64,000 nucleotides of DNA from contig OZ176053.1 in the NCBI GenBank assembly GCA_964247055.1, forward strand, positions 9,424,001 through 9,488,000. Direction: 5' to 3'. The DNA comes from Paragordius varius. Lineage: Eukaryota > Animalia > Nematomorpha. The position numbers were made by a program, and so were the translations under genes. Within the stretch, counting starts at the first letter, position 1, and every line of letters begins with the position of its first letter. The notes beneath the pieces are model-generated. The model saw only the letters and a list, made by a program, of their open reading frames with translations, ran no database searches and had not been told where the DNA came from. Below are positions 45,701 to 58,011 of this stretch, one piece after another.

Positions 45701-46441
45701 TTCATTATTTTGGTAGAATGGCGCATTATAAAAATAGTAACGAAAAATTTTTTTTGCAACAATATAAAGTTATATGATACCTAATAACACCTTAAAATAT
45801 ATTTTATATATCAAAAATATATTGAAAATTACAGTAAATTTTTCAATTTAAAAACAGTTTGCATTTTTAGAGGGATTTATATTTGCAATAAGGAACAGCT
45901 AGTTTAAAGTTTATTTAATAAAAACTTTATTATAAAGCATTTAAATTATGAACGATATATGCAGGTGAGAATTATTAAACTTTTTAAATTAAGAGAAGGT
46001 AGAACCGGAATACATCAATTAAGAGAAATAAAATTTTTAACTTTAATAGTAAATTTAACATAATTGAAAAGTAAAAATTATAATACAGTTATCAATTACA
46101 ACTTTTGTCATATATAGGTGTGAAGGTGAATGTAAGCAAAGGTGGAATATTGATTTATATGCTCATATATTTTTCAATATAAGGTTTTCAACGCTTTTGT
46201 AACAAAAATTATAACAGATATGCATAAAAATATTTTAGTAATGAAAAAGTGGATTACCTTTATCTGATATGATTAACTCACCATCTTCATTTAGATAGAT
46301 GGTGTTGTTTTCGGAATTAAGAAAGACAATGTTTCTTAACACATATTGACTCGAAAAATACAAAATAGGCCATGCAAATTTTTCTTCTAATGGTAAAAAG
46401 TTTTTGTTTTGTCCAATTTTGTTCAATGCAGAAAAATCCAT
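36691..46441 (-). CDS. spire: Spire actin nucleation factor (KIND - WH2 array - Spir box - modified FYVE), 16 exons, about 1005 aa
   Basis: Exons: 46441-46258, 45074-44905, 44481-44437, 41761-41386, 41029-40590, 40436-40305, 40171-40085, 39992-39912, 39819-39690, 39359-39262, 39180-39138, 39067-38658, 38371-38144, 37923-37822, 37459-37275, 36997-36691 (3018 nt, phases consistent). KIND: PLEEKFAWPILY, IYLNEDG, SQVGLQILNAI, MSEAMINLLDAM, DEGID. WH2: HSLLMEELVSMRPNLKKT, TPHDSLMREIKEGIRLRP. Spir box: LSYREFCHIRKALYEA. mFYVE: ICFDCH..CSVCTKVLCNAC...VCNEC. Start codon less certain. Confidence 0.88.
39430..39619. mobile_element. ~190-bp hairpin MITE, copy 2 (Spire intron)
   Basis: TTAATGGTTG (39430-39439) / CAACCATTAA (39610-39619), with long internal complementarity. 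The ends extend to ..atactg|TA, suggesting a Tc1/mariner-type TA target. Confidence 0.75.
42542..43001. mobile_element. Putative MITE with CA(A)GGGTGATC / GATCACCCCTG ends containing a long (TA)n
   Basis: Inverted ends at 42542-42552 and 42991-43001; TA run at 42694-42758. Confidence 0.45.
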
Positions 46442-47286
46442 AAAAATTTATTTTTACCGCATAAAATTCCAAACCTGTGATTCACATTTTATGAAATATC
46501 ACATGTGTTACATATGTAAAATAAATTAAGAACTTAATGAAACTACACAATCGACCCATTTAAAATACTTATAATGCCAAGCAAATTTAAATTAATTTAT
46601 TTTATAAAGAAACATAAAAATAATATATCTGCCTGATTGTTTTATTTTTATAAAAATTTCTGCAATAGAAATTATATATGATTATATATATTTTAATTTC
46701 TAATAAATTTATCTTTACTGGCTACAACAATTTTGATTAATGTTTATTCAAAAAGGTTCTTGTATTTTTCACAAATATAACTTTTTAATTTTATGATGCA
46801 GTGAAGTTATTAATCAGCAATAACAACTATAATTAAAACTTAAACATCCTGCCCCAAGATTTGTCCTAAAAAACATCATATGATAGAATAATACATCAAT
46901 TTATGTTTGGGTCTTAGATCACTTTAATACTTCGTTCCTTTTTGGTGTACTTTGTAACCCAGGATATAAAAAGATATCAAAAGGTCTAAAGAATTGGAGT
47001 AAACTTAAATTTAACTCTTCATTACCTTTTAGGGTAGTTTTCCCAGTTAAAAAATATATATTAAAGTATTTACCGTATTAAAAATATGCTTTATCTAGCT
47101 TTTAGGCGCAAAATTCAAAAGTCTAACTTTTTCGCCGACATTTTTTTTCTTTAAAATTTTTGCGTTAATACAACAGGCAAATTTAGTGTAAATGGCTAAA
47201 AAACAACTTTGTAAAGTGATTTGAATTTCCCAAAAATCCTTATGTGTATATTGATTTTTAGATCAGCTGATAGCGTAATCATGAAT

Positions 47287-50200
47287 GGGGTGATAAAGTC
47301 GCACTTGACTTGTAAGCCAAGCGTGGCAAATTAAGCAAGTTTACTTAAGCCAGCAAGTGTACACTTGAAGATCGGTGATAAAAAACACTTACAAGTCTTT
47401 TGCTTATGAGTGTAACTTTTATAATAACCATTTCGAATTATGCGGGAAATATTTTGAAATTTTACAACGAATTAACAAAAAATAAACACCCTATACAATA
47501 TGCATTTATTGAAGTAAAACTCATAGTCACGTATGTTAAAACTATAAATATTAAGTTTTTTTTAAATATTTAACCCGGTACCTAGAGTTTTTTAGATGAT
47601 GGAATTATTCGCCCTTTTTTACTACAAGTTTATCAAAATACAGTTGTGATACATATATAATTATAGCATTATCTTAATTATTTATTTAAACAATAGCAGT
47701 CTCACGAAATAACAATTGTGCTTAAAAAATCTAAGCAAAGGTTTAGGATATTTGAGGGGCGATATATAATATTGTATTTAACTCATTAATCACGGAATAA
47801 CAGGTGATATCTATAAAAAACAATTTAGGTAATTCAAGTAAAAATATTTGTATAAATATTACATTGTTGCCGTTACGTATTTACTTTAATAGGACGCACC
47901 CTAAACAATTTTGTCGTTATTAATCCTGTAAATCTATAAATTAAGGTTAATTTTTTTTAAAAGTACATTTATAACCTTTTGGATTATAGATTTTAAAAAA
48001 TATCCTTCCATTATTAAAATTTAAATTGTATTTGTTATCTGATTACAGTGAACAAATGTACATGAACAATTTTACAAATCCAAGCGCAAAAATAAGAGTT
48101 CCAACATATGAAACGTTTGTTAAGATTTAATGATGAAAGCATAGATTTTATGATTTCACAAATTTCCCCTAATGATATTAATAAAAAAAGTGGTGGGGGG
48201 CACTTTCACCCAGATTATTATGGAGATATTGCTCCGTTACATTAGCGACCACGGGTTTCAGAGTTGGGTCGCTAATGATATTGTTGTAGAACGATCCACC
48301 GTAACTAAAACAGTATCTAAAGTAGCGGAAAATATCTGTAACATGGCTCATAAATGAATCCGATTTCTATGTAAACAGTTTTGACTAGAAGACGCTCAAC
48401 GTTGGCATATGAATCATAAGATGCCATTAGTCATAGGTGCCTCGACTGTATTCACATTGACATCATGAGGCCTAAGCAATTTGGAGACGAATACATAAAT
48501 AAAAAATGTCGATGAGGTCTTAATTGTCAATTTACCTGTAACAATAATGAATTCATAATGAGTTTAAATGTTAAAATGCCGGGAAGTTCACGATAACCGG
48601 ATTTCCACAAAAATATAATACCTTCCCTTTTAACCAGTACCAATGCCGCACTATTAGGTGACAGTGGGTATGGAATTAGTCCATATTAAATAACACCATT
48701 TAAAAACCCTAACAACATCATACAAACTAAATTCAATATATTCCACACCTAAGAGAAAATAGTCATTTAAAGACTATTTGGTTAACTCAAACGCCGGTTT
48801 CCAATATTGCATAATAAAATGCGAGTCCGTCTGGATACCGCAATCGATATTATTGTAAGCTGCGCCGTTTTATCTAACATGGCTAAATTTAAAAGGATGA
48901 TTATGATTTAGATGATGTGATATCGATTGATCTAATAATATTAATGATATGAAGACAATGCGGATAGTGATAGTGCGCTGAGAGACGAAAGAATCTCAAA
49001 GCGACAAAAACGAGATAATATAGTAAATATATTAAACGCATATAATTTATTATAAATTCACATTAGATTATAAATATAAAATAAATTGATACTATGAATT
49101 AAAATTAAAGAAGTTTGTGTTTTTCTAAAAGTAAAACTTTTTTTGAAGCAGTAACACTTCATAATGTAATTCCAAAACTTTAAATTGCATGTTAGCTATC
49201 GTGTTTTGAGAATTTTTCTGCTTCTTTATATATTTTTTAATTGTAGGTGGTTGGGGCACGGATGTACCTATAATATAAATTAAAGTTAACATTTTTTTTA
49301 CGTTTATACCTTTAATATCAAGTTTATAAAAAATCGGAATTACAATTGTAGCTTTTATAAATAATTGGATTGAATTATAAGGAATATATAATATAAAAAA
49401 AATTTAAGATGCATATACCAAATATTAGCAATTAAAATAAATAGTATATCATAGAGGCGAACACGTGGAATTTATAGTTTAAAAGATATTAAATATTATA
49501 CGAATGCGGCATATTGGCAGATTCTCGAAAAGGAAAAAAGTTTATTATATTTTTGGCGAAAATTAAATTTTTATTAAAAATATAAAATCGGTAGTGTTTC
49601 TAATCTCGGTAAAAATTGATTTCATTGCTAAAAATTTTTGATCGATGCCAACTTGAATAATTATCAAGAAACATAAAAATGAATTTAAGACCATGTTAAT
49701 AACACAAAACTTATCGAATTTAAATGCTCTAAAAAAATCGTATTAAACGAAAAAAATTTCTTATTACATGATAAATAAGTATGTACTTCGGTTAAAATCA
49801 GCTAAAATTTATATGTGTTGTGCTTTAAAGAATGTTATTAAATACCATAAAACTGAATCATTAGTTTAAGTATATAGCCTATAGCTGAAAAGACTTTATT
49901 TTCCCTTTATCAACAAAATACATACAAGTATATTTACAAAATTATGACTATAAGTCAACCCATATCCGCAACAAAAAAGGGCTGTCATTGATGCATCACA
50001 CTGGTGTGAAAGGTAGTATGATACGTTTTCTGTAAACATTAGCGACGTGGGTCTACTGCATCCTTTTCTAGATACACTTTGATGAAACCAAAAAAGTTTA
50101 CCCGGATAGATTAGCTCTATAAAATAAATTAAAAATTAACTTGTGATTTTGCCTATGTTTATTTTAAGAGTTCATGGAAATAATAATGGGATATTTTCTC

Positions 50201-50567
50201 TATTTAAATACATTTTTTACAGTTTTTCCAAGCATTTCATTCTCTTCTGTATCCAACCAGTTTGAATATGTAAAATTAGCCAAAATTATGGAATAAACAG
50301 ATCAAAGGTTACAATTACATATAAAACCTAAATATACATAAAAAGTTACCAAAACATAGTTTTCCAAATTTTTGCATATGTCAAGTGTGCCCTATACTAT
50401 ACCACACTTGTATTATTTTTAAGTTTTTCTTAATCATATGATTTTTTTATCACCTTCTGTTCAAGTTTCTTGCTTGACTTAAGTGCCCTAATTTTAAATA
50501 TTTTTTATAAAGCAAGCTATGACTTGAAAAAGTTGCAAGTCAAGTTAAAAAATTTTTTTATCACCCC
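47287..50567 (+). mobile_element. Defective PIF/Harbinger DNA transposon (~3.3 kb)
   Basis: TIR GGGGTGATAAA (47287-47297) / TTTATCACCCC (50557-50567), each followed inward by ACTTGACTTG; a second inner GGTGATAAAAAA pair lies ~90-110 bp from each end; encloses a Harbinger transposase remnant. Confidence 0.85.
48100..48900 (+). pseudogene. Harbinger (HARBI1/DDE_Tnp_4-type) transposase remnant
   Basis: LRYISDHGFQSWVAND..STVTKTVSKV, DCIHI, PGSS.D, LLGDSGYGISPY, RLFGQLKRRFPIL, IIVSCAVL, broken by several stops and frameshifts. Confidence 0.88.
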
Positions 50568-52591
50568 ACCCCATTTGGAGATATAAATTCGCAATCAAAG
50601 AAGTTATAACAATTCTATAAACTATTCGGGCAACAATGTTTAATAATTAATTAAACAAAACAATTATAACTGCAGTCTTACAGTTTTAAGCTGTGGTACC
50701 ATAAAATGTAATAGTCTGCAAAAATGAAAAGGTAATTGAGTGTTTGAGCACTAATACATGAATTATATGTGAATCAAAATGTTAACAATTAAATCTGAAT
50801 CTGCAACTCTAGATATTTAAAATTAACAAAGGGATATTTTAGGACAGGGGTTAATAATTAGATTATAATTAGCTTATAAACGCAGAAAAGTCGAAATAGT
50901 GACAAAAATTTTTTAATATATGCTTGATTCTTCATTATAAACAAAAAAAATTAATAAAAAGTAAGTGCAAATTTTATGATGATTGATATCGAGGCAAAAT
51001 ATGCACACATATATTTTTTTGGACAAAGTTTGCTTCATTCTAAAATTATAATTAAAATATATCGTATTAAAACAATAGTTTAAAATTTTAATTTAAGTGA
51101 ATTGAAAAACTACATACTTTGTATAAAAAACAATTAAATTTTAATTACCGTTTATGAAATTTCGGAGTATGGTGAAAACGAATGAAAAACAGTTTGAGAC
51201 GTTATGAATACACTTTTTCTATTTCATTGATGATGCTCAATTCTATCACGGATCGCCGAAAAATTTAAATTAAATAAAATGTTTTTTTAAAAAAACTACT
51301 TAAATTTGAAGATAAAAAAATATTGATAAAAATTCCAAAGTCAGTGTCCATAAAAAATGACCTTTTGGTTTTGGCCCTTACGAGCACTTTATTTTTTGTG
51401 AACGTTTAATAACTCTTGTCTATTAATATTGAAATAAGATATGGTATCTTTAATAAATCTTTTAATTGTGCCAAATATATTAACGGGTGTTACTTTACAT
51501 GCGCAACATTAATAATCGCCTAAAACACAAATGTCCAACACCAATGGCTTAGCCGGCCGGATTAATATTAATTTTTTGATTATTTAGCTTAACCACAACT
51601 TTAAAAAATATATTTTCTGAATCATCGTAAAATTTAAGTTTTTATCACAATTTTGCATTTTTAATCTTTAGGAAACTTTTACAACACTAACCAAAAATCG
51701 TTGAGGGCGCTGGCGGTCCGGAACCTGCGTGTTGGACGTTTTTGGCTTAATATATATTAATTTTAGTTGTATTATTATTATTATTCCACTAATAACATAG
51801 TTAAGCCAATCGTTGTACCCCCTCAATGTTCCTATTCTACCATGTTAATTATAAACGAGAGATGCGTAATTTATGAATATATATTTTTTGGATAATAAAG
51901 CCAAAAATCTGGTATTAAATTTCGCTATTTTTAAGACATTAAATTTTTAGCGCAGTGAAACTTTTGCCCTAAACCAACACTAATATCGTAAAAAATATAT
52001 ATCATATAATATGGATATCCATTTTGAAGGCAAAAATAGAAAAAAAAATTTACGTGCTTTTAAGCTAATCTCAAATATATACGTACAATGTATGATTGTG
52101 ATTTTAAATTAATTAATTTTCTTTCTCCTTTACCAAGGTGCTGCCTTTCGCAATAAAATTTCGAATTGCGAAATCGTAAGTTGTGTTTCAAGTCTCTTAC
52201 CTGCATATTTATTACTTTGTAATCTCATGCATATAAAAAATCGAATTTTTATTATTTTAACAGAAAATCTTATTGGACAACAATTTAGTAGATTATATAT
52301 TTATTTGTAACATTGTATCGCATATTAGATCTGAAAGTTTTTTAAATTTTTAATAATATGATTCCAAATTGAGGTAATTTTATGAGCTAAAAATTTGATT
52401 TTTATCAGATAAGAGTATATAATGTTTAAAGAACAAAATACAAAAAATAATCTTAAAGTCATAAATCAAATTCACATTTGATACAAATGAAAATATATAG
52501 GTGCGTTATACATAAATATATATTTGGACTGTTGAATTCTCCAATTTTTACTAGAAAACAAACTGGTGGGGATTTGTTATTTGTCAAAAAT

Positions 52592-55500
52592 ATGTTTTCA
52601 TTATGTGAGACCAACAGAACCGAGGTAAAAATATATTTGTTCTATAAATTTTTAACTGCAAAATAAATTTTTTTTTCATCCCCTTTTATTGCAGTTAACA
52701 GAATTTGAACTTTATAATGGCAATTTTTTTGATGTGGAAACAAATTCGTTCACCAAAACTACGTGCCCCCGTTATCCATTTCCTGTGCCACAATCAAATG
52801 TTGAATTTATTAAAAATTATTCAACAATATATACTGGCCACAATAACTTTCATTCAAATATTGGTATTCACTTTTTATGGTTATATTTATTTCCATATAT
52901 TTTCTGCCATAAAATATATGGCGATATATAATATTTACTGTATATAATAATATTAGATGGGTATGAACCAAATATATGTGATAAAGATGTTAATGATAAC
53001 AACCACCCCCTTATTTATTATAATTTAAATAATCATCGTTCCGAATTGATCAATCGCCTACCCTCGATTGAATTAAAAAATGCCAATATTCATACACTTA
53101 ACAATAACACTAATTATTATTATACAAATGGTGGGTTTTACGATCAAAAAGATGCAAAATATGACAATGTATATTGCGACAACTGTCATCAACAACAACC
53201 ACAAAATACATATAATATGTCATTTCAAAATGTCAATCTGTATAATGTATGCTGCATTAATCAACACAATACGAACACGACCAAACGCATACTTAAAAAT
53301 GAGTATAAAACCAGTATGAAAGCCAAAAATATTGGTATTCCCTTAATATTTGTTATCAAATATATTGATTTTTATTCGTTTGCAACCGTTTATTTTATAT
53401 ACGAATTCCTCCATAATGATATCAATTATGGAAAAAATAGGGTCATCCGCATTGTACCTTTTTTTAAAAATAATAAAAATGTTTTTTATAATTCAATTTA
53501 TTCAATAATATATATTATTTTTTTTTAAAAAAAATCAAATTCCATTTTTTTCAATTTTTTGCCCTAGTATAGGGGCTTCAAAAAACATCTAGCAAGTTTG
53601 TGGGATACTTAAAAATAGGAAATGTTATGGGCAATGTTTATTTTAAAGATCATTTATGAGGTGGGGGTCATTAGTAATTCAGTTGTATAAATTTTGCCTT
53701 GCCCCTATAAACCATAATGAATCTTATAAATCGCGATAAATGTTATCAAGGTAAACCAACTAGGCCAAACTCTTGTGTTTTAATTTTTTCAGGAAATTGT
53801 TTTGCCTCAAAGCTTTAACTGTTTATTGCTGTTTCTCACCAAATTATTTCGCAAATGAATTGTAAGCCTGGAAATCTAAATTAACTTTTTATACAAAACT
53901 AATATTCTTTTTTATTAAACTTTGGGGGCCTGTTTATATTTATCGCAATAAAATTGTCAGATGAATGGGTATCACACTATAGCGATATAATTACAAAAGC
54001 CAAAATGCACCAAAAGTCGGTTATCAATTTAGACACAAAAATATATAATAAATTTTCAATAATTGAACTTATACTCTTTAAATCAAAAATATAAGCTAAA
54101 ATACCCAAAATAGCTCCGAATATTTGTAAGCACGGGGGATTTACAGCCAATCTTACCAATCCAATTGGGTTACAATTTCTTACACTAACTCTTATATAAA
54201 TATTAGATAATTATAGTTAATTAACAACATAAGCCATTTTATTTACAGTAAATATTAATTGTTATATACCTTGTATAAATTGTTTCCTTCTTACTGAAAG
54301 CTTTTTAAGAGTCAAAGCATATGATTTTGAATTTTAAAATACGAAACAGAAAAATAAATAGATATTTATCTCACCATTTTTATCAATATCAAAAATAAAT
54401 GTAACCGCCATGAAAATCTTCCATTATTTAGAGAATTTTTTTAAACCTAAATGAATAAAGCAGTTTCTTTATTCGTTTTGACATAAGTTCCCATTTAAAA
54501 TCAAATATTTCAAAAATATTATTATATGTAAATCGTGAAACAACAATGTTTATATCTTCCATTAAAGAAAGTTCAGCCAAAAACAAACGGCATAGAAAAC
54601 GGTTTCGTGATAATTTGCTGGGCCACAAAGGACATCGCCTTTGGGAATTTATAAGAGATATTTTAGCCATACCAAAATATGAGGGAATGCTGAAATGGGA
54701 AAATAAATCGGAAGGAGTTTTTCGCTTGATAGATTCAGAAGGTGTTGCTAAACTCTGGGGACGGAGGAAAAATAACACTCTCATGACATACGAAAAATTG
54801 AGTCGTGCCATGAGGTTAAAATAAAAAAAAAATGATTTATTAATTATATTTTTATTTTGATCAACGGATTTTTTCATGTGTTTATATATTATTCGTTGAT
54901 ATTGGGAATGTTAAAAAATTAGTGTCAAATATACTGATTAACATTTCAATACAACATATTTTCAGTCCTTCGATTCAAATTGGGGTAGTTGGATACCCAA
55001 AGCCTGTTAAATGAATTCTTTAAAAAATATAGAAGGAATCGAAACCATGACAAAATTTTGCACTATAAGATTAATGAACCGAAATATATAAAAAGTTTTA
55101 TTTAAAAATACTTGATATTACTTAATTTGAGCTAAAACCGAAAGGCCAAAATTTAGTCAACGTAACATGAGTGCAATGGTAAAATAAAAAATAATACAAA
55201 ATAAACCGCTTTTTCTATTTCTATCAATGTTAGATGTAATTTAAATAAAAAATTAGCTTTAATTTTACCCTTAAAATTACATGAAGACGATATTTTCCAA
55301 ATTTTAAAATAAAAATGGCGTCGAAGTAGTTTTACATGGAACTTTTTTTACAAAACAAAATTTTAGTTAGATATTTTGGCATTTTTTTATAATTTTTATT
55401 AGAATAGAAGCATAAATTTAAATTGGGACCGTTTCATTGAGTAGTTTTTTTAAAAATCCCAACTTAAATTTAGTCTGGGGTATTTAGATACCCCAATTTG

Positions 55501-55757
55501 AATCGAAGTGTTAAAAATTTCATATTGCTCTTATCTTTTAAAATTAAGGGCTTTTATGATTTTTTTTACTTTATTAAATATTGATTTTTGGATAAATTAT
55601 ATCACTTAAATCCTAACACAACACAATATTAAAATGTCCTTAAATATTTTTTATTAGGACTTATTATTCAAGTGGAATTCTCGTTCCTGTGCCCAAAAAC
55701 GGAAAATATCCCAAAAAACTAGTTTACAAATTCGGGCCAATTGTTGGTGTTTATTAA
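52592..55757 (+). CDS. ETS-domain transcription factor, ESE/ELF5/EHF-like, no Pointed domain, about 308 aa
   Basis: Exons: 52592-52624, 52695-52863, 52957-53334, 54568-54814, 55658-55757. ETS domain: RLWEFIRDIL..LKWENKSEGVFRLIDSEGVAKLWGRRKNNTLMTYEKLSRAMR|TYYSSGIL..KKLVYKFGP. N-terminal exons rest on splice sites and phase only, so the start is uncertain. Confidence 0.82.
54968..55508. mobile_element. ~540-bp MITE, copy 2, in the last ETS intron
   Basis: Perfect 18-bp TIR CTTCGATTCAAATTGGGG (54968-54985) / CCCCAATTTGAATCGAAG (55491-55508); interior is inverted relative to 2876-3381. Confidence 0.8.
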
Positions 55758-58011
55758 TTCTGCGCTCTTTTATATTATTTATATGCATGTTGAATGCAAA
55801 TTTTATTTCAATCATTATGCAAAACTTGTTATCAATTTCAATTTCACATCAGCGATAATGCAATCAATTCATTGTAATTTGTTTATATTTTAGATGAAAT
55901 AGCCATTTATTAATAACTAAGAAATATAACAGTCTATGAAATATATATTTGCTCTATTTTCGAAATTTTTGTGGGCAATTTAATAAGAGAAGGTATTTAT
56001 CCAACATACAGGGCAAGGGCTGTAAAAACCAAGAAAAATGATTCATCATTTTTAATGATTATGAGCCAGTTGATGCCTCACAAGTTTTTATAATAATTAC
56101 TGAAAAAATTTCTTAATAAAAAAGGACGTTTAAGCGTAAGAAAAATAACAACACATGTAATTGTTATCAATCTATAGTTTAAAATTATTACAGTGCCTAA
56201 TATTCCGTCTCTAATGATATTCTCACTTAATGGTTTTGTTACTACGCCAAAAAACGATTTTCTGAACGGTGACCCTCACAATAATTTTATGAAGGCTTAG
56301 TTTTTTAAATATATTAAATTAAATACTATTAAATTAGTTATGAATGAAGATGGGATATGATATTTCATACGCCCCTGCCTGTATTTTTTGTGAGCTCGTG
56401 GTAATATCATTTTGCATTTAAATAGTTATGATTTTTAAGGTTATCTGTTTTTAATATGGTTTTGAAAGACATCTTTAATTGTTTGCCGAAACAAACTTTT
56501 TGGTTTTTTAAATAAATAATTATATATATTTTGTCAATTATATGATACGAGAATTGAAATTTGTAAAAATATTTTTAGTTTAAAGATGGGGTGTCTTCAC
56601 TCAATATATCGATCGCAGGATTGTGAAAAATTTACCATGATAAAACTACTAATTATAACTGCTGTTTTTCCATTGACAAAATTTGAAAGATAAATTTAGA
56701 TTTGCTCAATTTTTAAAAATATTGAATCTAATAATAATTTACGATATTTGTCTAACATGTTTAATGAACGATAATTTTAAGAACTCATAGTACTTTAAAT
56801 CCAATATTGTAATATGTGTGGTATATATAAATTATTAACGGCCATAAAATAACCCTTTACGGAAACAATGAATGGAAATAAAATACATACAATTCAGAAT
56901 AAATTATAATGTAAATTATTTTCGCTAAAATTCTTATCATATGATTTATTAAATTTTTCGAAGAAGGCAAAAATTTTGGAATGGCACATGCAGCCCCTAG
57001 GTTTAATAATTTATACACAATATGCATGATGAAACCGACTGAGGCGGTTTATATAAATATTTAAAAATAAATAATTTTCTAACTTTTATTAAGATTATCA
57101 GATTTGCCATATTATAGTGCAAGTCATGGATTAATATACTAAAATAATTTTCAAAAGTTCGAACTATAGATTATATAAATATAAGTGTAGTCATGAATAA
57201 TCACCGTAATTATGAGAAAACGTCAGCCAAAATTACGTAGTGGAGTAATTTGACACATAAGCCTTTCGTTCATGACATATACACTCAAGTTGAGTGCCCT
57301 AAAAACTAGGGTCTATTTTATTATTCAGTAATCTCGACTTTCCTATAAAGAGAACATTTGAGGCACGCATTGGTTTTCGTATTGCACAGAAAAAGGGCTA
57401 AGCCATCGTTTGCTAGTAAAAAAAACATGGTCAACATACACCGCCCATTAAACCATGTGAAAGATAGTTTCGAAACTTTAAAAGTTGTAATTTCAATGTT
57501 AAGAAAATAGGCGCTCTGGTGGACTACAAAATGCTAAGATTAAATCACCCTAGAGTTAACTGATGATTACCCAACTCAAACTCAACCGCAATTGCTAGAA
57601 CTATTACATATGTTTCAAAAAACTATCGGTGCCGGCCTATAATGGAAAGAACAATAAAATTTGTAAATAGATTCGACAAATTTGATTAACGTCAAAGAAC
57701 AAAATGACTTGTGGCTTTAATGTAATTAAACGATTTTGCATCTAATTGCGATGGGTATGAGAAGTGACTTTATTTTGCATCGAGAGCGGAATAAATTGTG
57801 ACTTTTACCAAACCGGTGCATACACAGCAAAGAAAACCATGTCAATTTACTTTCAAAATAACACGTATTTTTACCAAAAAACCGATGGAGATTTTTAACT
57901 ACACCTGTAAATAACGCAGTGTTGAATATAATACTATTTATTCGTCAAGAAGATAAACCTTAATATTAAAGGGAAGAAATGTGAATTCTTAAATTTGTAT
58001 CAGATTATATA

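Noticed and set aside
46930-47030. Possible upstream Spire exon (LNLSLLQFFRPFD)
   Set aside because: Donor phase does not fit any acceptor, and the flank matches a dispersed repeat also seen at ~58790.
54428-54877. 149-aa minus-strand ORF
   Set aside because: Antisense shadow of the ETS-domain exon.
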